Source of the DNA: a virus | Reading direction: 5' to 3' (one strand) | Virus record (IMG/VR): IMGVR_UViG_3300033153_005812 | Coordinates: 11,915 to 75,914 of that record | DNA length: 64,000 nt | Shown: in pieces, positions 10,031 through 17,939 of the stretch | How positions within the stretch are numbered: position 1 is the stretch's first letter | Layout: each line of letters starts with the position of its first letter | Program-made: the position numbers and the translations under genes | Notes under the pieces: generated by a model | Database searches by the model: none | What the model saw: the letters and a program-made list of their open reading frames with translations, nothing else | Told to the model about the DNA's origin: nothing

Positions 10031-10064
10031 AACCAGAGGGTATGGAAACCCTCTGGTTATTTTT
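10031..10064 (+). terminator. intrinsic terminator
   Basis: AACCAGAGGG...CCCTCTGGTT stem followed by ATTTTT. Confidence 0.75.
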
Positions 10065-10099
10065 GTCGTTGTTATTGTAAAAGTAAGGTATAAAGGAGA

Positions 10100-10498
10100 A
10101 TGAGAATGTCATTGAGTGAAAAAGACCGAAAACTCAAAGATATGGCAGATATGAAAAAAATTATTAAGCATCAACAAGCTCATTTCGCTCAAGTCCTTAC
10201 TCATTTCGATGAACAAATCGCTCGCATTGATGAGCAGATTGTAGAGCATGATTTAGAAATCGTAGCTTTACAAGAAAGAAAAGCTGTAGTAGCTCGGCAC
10301 TTTATTGAAGCTCCAGAACAGCTTATAGTTTTGGCTCAACATCTGAGAGATGTTGAAAAGAAGGAAAGTCTTCTTAAAACCGATGGAAAAAGTAAGGTGA
10401 AAAAAGTCGCTCGAATCAAAAAACGTATCGAAAAATTACGTGAGAAGTTGAGTCGAATGGATCCCGATGGAAGAAATCAAAACAAAACAACTCCTTGA
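10100..10498 (+). CDS. coiled-coil hypothetical protein
   Basis: 132-aa ORF with AAGGAG RBS. Confidence 0.55.
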   Translation: MRMSLSEKDRKLKDMADMKKIIKHQQAHFAQVLTHFDEQIARIDEQIVEHDLEIVALQERKAVVARHFIEAPEQLIVLAQHLRDVEKKESLLKTDGKSKVKKVARIKKRIEKLREKLSRMDPDGRNQNKTTP

Positions 10499-10754
10499 AC
10501 TAATCGAGCAATGGACACGAGCTGAAATTATGGCTCGTCATGCTCCGCTCATTGGTTTAGATTTCACTAATTATGCTGAAGTTCAAATTGAGAAAGAAAA
10601 TGAGATAAGGCGATTAGTTTTTGGGACAGATAACCTAATTCAGTTAGGACTCAAGTGGAAGTTATTGAAAGATAAGAAAACTCAGAATAAAGAAAATGCA
10701 ATAAAGCAATTCCAGCGACTACAAAAAGAGTTAGCTGAGATGATGAAAACATAA
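10467..10754 (+). CDS. hypothetical protein
   Basis: 95-aa ORF overlapping the previous gene. Confidence 0.5.
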   Translation: MEEIKTKQLLELIEQWTRAEIMARHAPLIGLDFTNYAEVQIEKENEIRRLVFGTDNLIQLGLKWKLLKDKKTQNKENAIKQFQRLQKELAEMMKT

Positions 10755-10820
10755 GTGTTATTGTACTGATTCAATACCATCACTGTAAAAGAAAGAACTG
10801 ACTTTTTCTCTCTTCTCCCG

Positions 10821-10870
10821 TATCGGTCGACAACCTGAGAGTAAGAAACTCTCAGGTTGTTTGGCCGGTA
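10821..10870 (+). promoter_or_regulatory. long hairpin upstream of the modification operon (terminator or processing site)
   Basis: Perfect CAACCTGAGAGT/ACTCTCAGGTTG stem, extendable with G-U pairs. Confidence 0.5.
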
Positions 10871-10897
10871 TTACTGAAAAATTAAGAAAGGTGAAAA

Positions 10898-11968
10898 ATG
10901 GATTATGTAGATCTAAACAAGTTATGGCATGAGACACTTTTCGACGTTAATCTTCGCGGCCATATACTTAACAGCAGAGTCGGATATTGTAAAGAGATTA
11001 TAGGTTTTCAAACAACGCTAACTTATCCTCTTCATAATATCCTCTTTGCTCCAAAGCGAAAATTTTCGTTGGCCTATGCTTGTGCTGAAATGCTCTGGTA
11101 TCTTTCTGGTACTGGTAGTATCAAAATGATTCAGGCTTATGCTCCACAGTATGAGAAATTTGCTGAAGATGGATGGGCCTACGGAGCATACGGACATCGA
11201 TGGAATCATAATCCTGGCTTTGTAAATGCGAAAGCCTCTCTAATAGAAGGTCTTACGAGGCAAGATTGCGAAATCGACATCGAAAATCAACTCTCTGCTT
11301 TGGTGCATCTATTGAGGGCAGATCCAAATACCCGTCAAGCTATCATGACGATGTGGGATAGCGGTGATCTTATTCATGCAATCGCAAGGGATCATAAAGA
11401 CCTCCCTTGTACTCTTTCATTGATGTTTTTTGTCCGAGACAACAGACTTCATCTTGTAGCTACAATGAGATCTAACGATGCGTGGCTCGGTCTTCCGTAT
11501 GATATCTTTTGCTTCACAACTCTACAAAGGATTATTGCAGCGGAGCTTGGATTAGAATTAGGAGCTTATATTCACCAAGCTGGAAGTGAGCACATCTACG
11601 AAAAGAATCAGGAGAAGATAGATGAAATCCTTAGGATAGAAAGTGAATCGAAGTGGTCCGGTGAAGGAGCGATTCTGCTATATCCTTATCCTCTAAACTG
11701 GAATCACAAACGGCGAGACTACGATTTGCAGCACAATGTTAAAGCTGCTCTTTCATTGGAAAAGGAGATTCGAAAAGCGACAATGGATGAACATTGTTTA
11801 GCGAAAGGTATTGCAGGGAATCAAAAAGCATGGAAAGAAATTGATCCTCTTTTCAAAGATCTTGTTCTTGGTTGTGCAACGAAATGGACTCATGTTCCGA
11901 ATGATTGGTTTGATAATCCCCTCTACGCAAGTTGTCAACGATATACGGAGAATCTAAATGAAGCTTGA
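10898..11968 (+). CDS. thymidylate-synthase-family enzyme, probable dCMP hydroxymethylase
   Basis: AEMLWYLSG, AYG, TRQA, KDLPCT (catalytic Cys) and SEHIYE; RSNDAWLGLPYD has Asp at the position of E. coli ThyA Asn177, as T4 gp42 does (cytosine specificity). Confidence 0.8.
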   Translation: MDYVDLNKLWHETLFDVNLRGHILNSRVGYCKEIIGFQTTLTYPLHNILFAPKRKFSLAYACAEMLWYLSGTGSIKMIQAYAPQYEKFAEDGWAYGAYGHRWNHNPGFVNAKASLIEGLTRQDCEIDIENQLSALVHLLRADPNTRQAIMTMWDSGDLIHAIARDHKDLPCTLSLMFFVRDNRLHLVATMRSNDAWLGLPYDIFCFTTLQRIIAAELGLELGAYIHQAGSEHIYEKNQEKIDEILRIESESKWSGEGAILLYPYPLNWNHKRRDYDLQHNVKAALSLEKEIRKATMDEHCLAKGIAGNQKAWKEIDPLFKDLVLGCATKWTHVPNDWFDNPLYASCQRYTENLNEA

Positions 11969-12812
11969 TAAAATTCCATTCGGAGAATGCACGTCTAAAG
12001 ATCTCGCCGATTATATGAATGAGCGACACAGTATTTGGATGAGGAGAGATAAAGGTGAATGGAAACCATGGACAACCGATGTGATTCTCCAACAATATAA
12101 ATTCACTAACGTATTTCGACAGCTCGACAAAGGTACTGTTGCTCTACGAAAAATGTTAAAGAGTCAAACAGATCCTATTCTTATTCTTTTCAATATTATT
12201 TGGTATAGATATTTTAACTGGTACAAACATGCTGAAGAGCTCGGCTTCGTCAATGATTATTCACAACTTGAAGACTTCATAATAACCAAAGGGAGAAGAT
12301 GCGATAAAATTTTTACTGGAGCTTGGATGACAACTGGAGTTTCTTGTGAAGATAAACATATAACCTATCTTCGAGCTTGTAAAGAAGCTTGGGATAAACG
12401 AGATATGCTCTATCATCTTGTTTCTTCTTCTTCTAAATTAGAAACGGTTTGCGTACTCCTCAAAGATTTATATATGGTGGGTAGATTCTTAGCTTATGAA
12501 TTAGCTTGTGATTTAAGGTTCACAAAACTTCTTGATGAAGCGACAGATATATTGACGTTCGCAAATCTTGGTCCTGGAGCTCAAAGAGGACTTCGGCGAT
12601 TAGGAATGCCGCATAAAAATCAAAAAGAAGGTCTTACTTCTATGCGAAAATTATACGATGTTCTTATGGAGCATTATCTCAGCTATTATATTGTTAACGC
12701 TTCTTGGCCGTTTGAACTGCGAGAGGTAGAACATAATCTTTGTGAGTTTGATAAATATATGCGAACAAAAAATGGAGAGGGACATCCACGAAGTAAGTTT
12801 CCTGGAGTGTAA
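11958..12812 (+). CDS. aGPT-Pplase1-like DNA base-modification protein (HhH-glycosylase-like fold)
   Basis: ERHSIW.RR..G...PWT.D.IL..YKFTNVFR.LDKGT, G.F.AYE...DL, GPGA.RGL and EHNLCEFDKY motifs. Confidence 0.8.
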   Translation: MKLDKIPFGECTSKDLADYMNERHSIWMRRDKGEWKPWTTDVILQQYKFTNVFRQLDKGTVALRKMLKSQTDPILILFNIIWYRYFNWYKHAEELGFVNDYSQLEDFIITKGRRCDKIFTGAWMTTGVSCEDKHITYLRACKEAWDKRDMLYHLVSSSSKLETVCVLLKDLYMVGRFLAYELACDLRFTKLLDEATDILTFANLGPGAQRGLRRLGMPHKNQKEGLTSMRKLYDVLMEHYLSYYIVNASWPFELREVEHNLCEFDKYMRTKNGEGHPRSKFPGV

Positions 12813-12813
12813 A

Positions 12814-12990
12814 ATGGATATCGATGAAGTTAAAAAATGGTTGCAAAGTTATTTGAGGTTAGAAAATCATGGTCATGCCGGTCGTCTTTTATCTGAAGAA
12901 TATAAAGAATATCGGAAAGAAGATCCAAAACCAGATTGTAATTTAATGACATGGTGCGTGAAAAAAGCATTGGAAAAATTAAATAGTTGA
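12814..12990 (+). CDS. small hypothetical protein
   Basis: ATG at 12814 after GGAG; fills the gap inside the operon. Confidence 0.45.
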   Translation: MDIDEVKKWLQSYLRLENHGHAGRLLSEEYKEYRKEDPKPDCNLMTWCVKKALEKLNS

Positions 12991-12998
12991 GGTGTAAT

Positions 12999-13790
12999 AT
13001 GAACATAGGAATAATCGGTTGCGGTGTTGTTGGAACTGCTTTGAAAAATGGTTTTAGATTCTTAGAACACGAAGTGTCTATCGCAGATCCTAAGTTTGGT
13101 ACGAGCACTTTAGATGTCTGCCATACTGAAATAGTATTTATTTGTGTTCCTACAAACTGTAACTTAAATGGGAGTTGTGATCTTTCTATTGTTAAGAGAG
13201 TTCTACAACATCTCAGAGCTTATCGGTATAACGGAATCGTAGTGTTAAAATCTACTGTAGTACCGGGAACAACTGAAAAGCTATCGAAAGAATTCAATAG
13301 AGAAATAGTTTTTGTCCCAGAGTTTCTTCACGAAAGATATGCTACAGAAGATTTTATTTATCACCAAGATATATTGGTGATAGGAACTGATGATAAAGAG
13401 TTAAGAAAGGTAGTTGCGAATATTCATAAAGACCTACCAAAGAGAGTTGTGACTTGTTCTAAAACAGAAGCAGAATTGGTTAAGTATTTCAATAATGTTT
13501 ACAACGCAACTCTGATAACTTTCGCTAATAGTTTTTACGAAGTGTGTGTTGGACTCGGTGTTAATTACGACAATGTTAAATCGATCGTTACATTGAGGGA
13601 TCATATAAACGATGTGTATCTCGATTGTAATAATTCGTTAAGAGGATTTGGCGGCCCTTGTTTACCTAAAGATACGAAAGCATTAGCTTTTCTTGCAGAA
13701 CAATTGAATACCGATGTTAAGTTTTTTGATATGCTTTTATCAGAAAATGTTAAGTACGAAACAACAGTGTTGAAAGGAATGCGATCATGA
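12999..13790 (+). CDS. UDP-glucose/GDP-mannose 6-dehydrogenase family (short form)
   Basis: GIIGCGVVG Rossmann motif, ICVPT, KSTVVPGTT, PEFL, AELVKY and catalytic GFGGPCLPKD; no C-terminal UDP-binding domain. Confidence 0.85.
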   Translation: MNIGIIGCGVVGTALKNGFRFLEHEVSIADPKFGTSTLDVCHTEIVFICVPTNCNLNGSCDLSIVKRVLQHLRAYRYNGIVVLKSTVVPGTTEKLSKEFNREIVFVPEFLHERYATEDFIYHQDILVIGTDDKELRKVVANIHKDLPKRVVTCSKTEAELVKYFNNVYNATLITFANSFYEVCVGLGVNYDNVKSIVTLRDHINDVYLDCNNSLRGFGGPCLPKDTKALAFLAEQLNTDVKFFDMLLSENVKYETTVLKGMRS

Positions 13791-14734
13791 ATATATTAGT
13801 AACAGGTAGTGAAGGTTCTTTGATGCAATTTGTCATTCCTCTGTTGGTTACTAAGAAATACAATGTAACTGGTATAGATATCAATGAAGGCGGTGGATCA
13901 AAAACCAAACGCAATTATGAGTTTATTAACGCAGATTGTAGAGAGATTACAGAACTCGAAGATGTTTTTCATAATAGATTTTTCGATTATGTAATTCATA
14001 GTGCTGCTACTATTTACGGTGTTGTAGGATTTAATAAATTCGGTGCAGATATAATTTCTAATGATCTTATTTCTACTGCGAATACGCTACGATGTAGTCT
14101 TACACATGAAATAAAAAAGTTCGTCTTCATAAGTTCTTCGATAGTCTATGAGCAAGTACCGAAAAATTATAATAACATAGATCAATTTCCAGCTCCGAAA
14201 ACCTATTATGGTCTTTCAAAATTTGTTGGTGAAAAATTATGTCGAGCATATCGAGAGCAATATAATCTGCCTTATATTATATGGAGACCGTTTAATATAA
14301 TTACTCCATACGAGAAAGCTCAAGCGACACAGGGATTTAGTCATGTCTTTGCAGATTTTATTCAACAAATTGTAATTGATCGCAAAGAAACTATCGGTAT
14401 TCTTGGCGATGGTAGACAAGTTAGATGCTTCACTTGGATAAAAGATGTGGCTGAAGCTATTGCAGATTTATCTTTTGGCTCTGAACAAGGCGAATTCAAT
14501 CTTGGGAATGTCGAACCTCTAACTATGACCGATTTGGCTGTATTGATTTATGTGACTGCTCAACGTTTGAACTTGATACCTAAAGAACAAGATCTGAAAT
14601 TCTATCATACACCGCCTATGGTCAACGATGTTAGATATAGAGTACCTTACATGGAAAGAACTGAAAAGGTGTTCAATTGGCGAGCAAAATTGAAGATCAA
14701 AGATTCAATTGAAAAATGTTTGAAGGAAATGTGA
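13787..14734 (+). CDS. extended SDR NAD-dependent nucleotide-sugar epimerase/decarboxylase
   Basis: NILVTGSEG, HSAA, SSSIVY, YGLSK (YxxxK), RPFN and GDGRQVRCFTWIKD. Confidence 0.85.
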   Translation: MNILVTGSEGSLMQFVIPLLVTKKYNVTGIDINEGGGSKTKRNYEFINADCREITELEDVFHNRFFDYVIHSAATIYGVVGFNKFGADIISNDLISTANTLRCSLTHEIKKFVFISSSIVYEQVPKNYNNIDQFPAPKTYYGLSKFVGEKLCRAYREQYNLPYIIWRPFNIITPYEKAQATQGFSHVFADFIQQIVIDRKETIGILGDGRQVRCFTWIKDVAEAIADLSFGSEQGEFNLGNVEPLTMTDLAVLIYVTAQRLNLIPKEQDLKFYHTPPMVNDVRYRVPYMERTEKVFNWRAKLKIKDSIEKCLKEM

Positions 14735-14737
14735 TCG

Positions 14738-15523
14738 ATGGATAATCAAAATCTAATACTCTCATTAAATGAAGCTATATCGTCTTCAAATATAAGATTA
14801 GGAGTTTTAGACTTTAGAAAATTGCAAAGTTTAGTGGGAGCAACCCCAATTCAAATGTCTGTAAAAGTTTTTTGGGGTGAAGATATAACTGTAATTTTAC
14901 CAGAATATATTTCTTGTCGCCTTTTCTTAGATGAATTTTTTGAAAAAGACTTAACAAAGTTTATCATAGAACACTTAAATTCTGGTATGACTTTCATCGA
15001 TGTAGGAGCTCATATCGGTTACTTTTCTTTATTAAGTTCAGTTTTAGTTGGAAATACAGGTCAAGTCCATTCATTCGAGCCTACGAAAGATGTGTTTCAG
15101 ATTTTACAAAAGAATTGTTCAAACAAAGAAAATATCACAATGAATAGTGAAGCAGTTTTTTCGAAAGTCGAAAGACTTGTATTGAACACCTACGGACTAA
15201 AATGGTCGGCGTTCAATTCTTTATTCGTTCCGAGAATATTAGGGATCTTATCAAAAGTGAAGTGTAAAAGAATGGAGGTTCAAACAACTACGTTAGATCA
15301 ATACTGTGATGATAAACATATTCAGCCTGATTTTATTAAAATCGATGCAGAGAAATCGGAATTGAATATTTTAATAGGAGCAGAAAAAACGCTTAAAAAA
15401 GACCATCCGATTATTTCTGTAGAAAGCGGGGATGAAGAAAATGATGCACAGATTATAGACTTTATGCGAGCCTTGAATTATTCATATCAAAAGGTCTTAA
15501 ACAGTAATTTAATTTTCGTTTGA
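14738..15523 (+). CDS. FkbM-family SAM methyltransferase
   Basis: FIDVGAHIGY, SFEP, TTLD and IKIDAEKSE. Confidence 0.85.
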   Translation: MDNQNLILSLNEAISSSNIRLGVLDFRKLQSLVGATPIQMSVKVFWGEDITVILPEYISCRLFLDEFFEKDLTKFIIEHLNSGMTFIDVGAHIGYFSLLSSVLVGNTGQVHSFEPTKDVFQILQKNCSNKENITMNSEAVFSKVERLVLNTYGLKWSAFNSLFVPRILGILSKVKCKRMEVQTTTLDQYCDDKHIQPDFIKIDAEKSELNILIGAEKTLKKDHPIISVESGDEENDAQIIDFMRALNYSYQKVLNSNLIFV

Positions 15524-15562
15524 ACTAATATAAGTTCTGCATAAAAATAAGGATTTCTGATT

Positions 15563-16402
15563 ATGAAAATTATTATTCCTACAAAATCAAGAACAGATCT
15601 TCAATTTACTGCTAATCAACTTATGAGAGCAAATATACCTGATCAATACGAATGCTTTCTGGTAGTTCCTCGAAACGAAAAGGACAACTACGCAAAAAAT
15701 TCTATAAGCGGTTTTCGAACTATCTCTGTAGATTGTGAGGGAATTAACAATGTTCGTCAATATATCATGGAACATTGTAAGGTCGAAGATAATAAGATAC
15801 TAATGATAGATGATGATTTGAGATTCTTTTATCGACCTTGCATAGAAGATGTTTCATTGTTCCAAGCTACTGGGGATCAAGTACTTGAAATGATTCAATG
15901 GTTAGAAAGCCAACTTGATAAATTCGCTCATTGTAGTATCCCTGCTCGGACACAAAATTTTCAATTGACCCGTCGTATAGAACGAGCAGAAAGTTTCGAA
16001 CTACAAACAGTTCGCCCTTATCGCCTTTACGGTTTTCGCCAAGACATAGTGTTAGGAGAAGAGTTAGATTTTCATGCTGGATTGCGAATAAATACGATGG
16101 ATGATTTCCACATGACTCTTAACCTTTTAGAACTCGGTTATCCTAACATCATATCTTGTAGATGGGCACACGATCAATGCACTTCTAATTCTCGTGGTGG
16201 GTGTTCTACTTATCGTGATTTGGAATTATTAAGAGTGTGTGCTTTGAATCTTAAAGAAAACCATCCTCAAGTTGTTAAGATTGTGCACAAAGAAACAAGC
16301 TCTTCTTGGGGAGGGACACCTAATAATCCAGTAACAAGAACAGACGTTAGAATACAATGGCAAAAGGCTTTAGGAATAAGAGCAACTGAGAGCAAACTAT
16401 AA
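15563..16402 (+). CDS. TAGT/GREB1-like GT-A glycosyltransferase
   Basis: IIIPTKSR, GINNVRQYI, MIDDD, DDFHMTL..L..GY, GGCSTYR and C-terminal I.WQKA, as in circularly permuted phage DNA glycosyltransferases. Confidence 0.75.
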   Translation: MKIIIPTKSRTDLQFTANQLMRANIPDQYECFLVVPRNEKDNYAKNSISGFRTISVDCEGINNVRQYIMEHCKVEDNKILMIDDDLRFFYRPCIEDVSLFQATGDQVLEMIQWLESQLDKFAHCSIPARTQNFQLTRRIERAESFELQTVRPYRLYGFRQDIVLGEELDFHAGLRINTMDDFHMTLNLLELGYPNIISCRWAHDQCTSNSRGGCSTYRDLELLRVCALNLKENHPQVVKIVHKETSSSWGGTPNNPVTRTDVRIQWQKALGIRATESKL

Positions 16403-16408
16403 CACTCA

Positions 16409-16477
16409 CCTATAGGGTCGGCCTACTCCCGCAGAGGCTCTGAGCGATCGCTGGGGAAGCCGATATTAGGCTGTAAA
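16409..16477 (+). repeat. dispersed 70-bp intergenic element, copy B
   Basis: ACTCCCGCAGAGGCTCTGAGCGATCGCTGGGGAAGCCGATATTAGGCTGTAAA; 5' end diverged. Confidence 0.85.
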
Positions 16478-16479
16478 CT

Positions 16480-17403
16480 ATGCTTTACATACTAATCTCA
16501 AAAATCGAGCTTAGAACCTTCAAAATTTGGGCAGGACACTTAACTGCTATCAGAGAGGTTTTAGACATAAATGGAAGTCGTTATCGACAAATAGATATAC
16601 TCCATGCAAAGCAAAAGACATTCAAAACAAACGATATTATCATCAATATTGGAAATCACCAATACGCTGGTTCTCAATTCTTAAATGAATTAGCCGAGAG
16701 TGTTTCAAAAGCAGGTAGAACAGTTTTCTTTATGGATGATTACACGGCTCCTCCAGCAACACAATTACGTAAAGCTCTCACTAAAAGTTCTAATCTTTTA
16801 GTGACAAACATCAAAGATTTGAGCATCTTAACGCAACGAAAATCTCTTCAGCATTTTGAACCTGTCTATGTAAATCTAAACAAAGCTTCTTTCAAAAAAC
16901 TCCCTCTCAAAGCTCCACAAGTTCCTGGCAGCTTTATTTATTGGGGTTCTTGTCGACGAGGAAGAGAACAAAGTTTCTATCGTTATTTCAAACCAAATCT
17001 TTATCCGCTTTATATTTCTTCGAGTGATAGGGGGCACAATAAGTATTGTAATTTATACATAAATTATAGACCGTTAGAAAAAATGCTGCTACCTGAGGAC
17101 TTACAAAAATATGGATTCACAGTAAATATTCGTGATAAGAAGCAACCAAAGATGGCTCCAGCAAATAGATTTTATGAAGCTATAGGTGCTGGACTTCCAA
17201 TTTTCTTTGACCATGAATGTATTCCACGAATTGAAACTCCACTCTGCGTAAAAGACTATATTGTTTCTGAAGCAGAACAACTGCTTGAAAAAGATCTGCA
17301 AAGAACACAAGTAGAACAACGGAAGCTCTGGGGGCAACGTAATTATCGAATAGAGTTAGTGAATGAATTAACCGAAATATTTTTTAAGCATGGTATTTCA
17401 TAA
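16480..17403 (+). CDS. GT-B glycosyltransferase resembling T4 DNA beta-glucosyltransferase
   Basis: FIYWGSCRRGRE resembles BGT IYGGSFRSGQRE; NRFYEAIGAGLPIFFD is a GT-B C-terminal motif. Confidence 0.6.
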   Translation: MLYILISKIELRTFKIWAGHLTAIREVLDINGSRYRQIDILHAKQKTFKTNDIIINIGNHQYAGSQFLNELAESVSKAGRTVFFMDDYTAPPATQLRKALTKSSNLLVTNIKDLSILTQRKSLQHFEPVYVNLNKASFKKLPLKAPQVPGSFIYWGSCRRGREQSFYRYFKPNLYPLYISSSDRGHNKYCNLYINYRPLEKMLLPEDLQKYGFTVNIRDKKQPKMAPANRFYEAIGAGLPIFFDHECIPRIETPLCVKDYIVSEAEQLLEKDLQRTQVEQRKLWGQRNYRIELVNELTEIFFKHGIS

Positions 17404-17939
17404 TGAATTATGGACTCAACTATTTTGAACACACATTACGCAAAATGAGCATGACAGCAGAAGATATTTGTCAACGAAGATGGAAATTTATAACTCCTAC
17501 GAAAGCAATACGAATTTTAGACTATGGTTGTGGAGTAGGTTGGTTCCGTGCTTTCAAACCAGATAAGAACCTCATTGTAGATACTTACGATGTAGGGAAT
17601 TACCCTCAAACGGGTATAAATGAAATGGAATATGATCTTATTTGTTTTTGGGACTCTTTAGAGCATATTCCAAATTTAGATGAAATAAATTGGCTATTAA
17701 CAAGAACCGAATTTGTTGCCATTTCAATCCCTATATTTCTTGGTGATATGCAGCAAGAAGAATTTAGAAAATGGAAGCATTATCGCCCAAATGAACACTT
17801 ACATTATTTCACACTACAGACATTAGCGAATTTCTTTGAAGAACGTGGGTTTGAAATGTTCGAGAAAAATCAAAACGAATGTCCTCCACGAGAAGATGTT
17901 TGGTCAATTTTGTATAGGAGAAAACGTAATGCAAGTTAG
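17403..17939 (+). CDS. class I SAM-dependent methyltransferase
   Basis: ILDYGCGVG, WDSLEHIP and EHLHYF. Confidence 0.8.
   Translation: MNYGLNYFEHTLRKMSMTAEDICQRRWKFITPTKAIRILDYGCGVGWFRAFKPDKNLIVDTYDVGNYPQTGINEMEYDLICFWDSLEHIPNLDEINWLLTRTEFVAISIPIFLGDMQQEEFRKWKHYRPNEHLHYFTLQTLANFFEERGFEMFEKNQNECPPREDVWSILYRRKRNAS

Noticed and set aside
10898-11968. Ordinary thymidylate synthase (thyA)
   Set aside because: Asp at the Asn177-equivalent position, the KDLPCT context and glycosyltransferase neighbours point to a cytosine-modifying enzyme.
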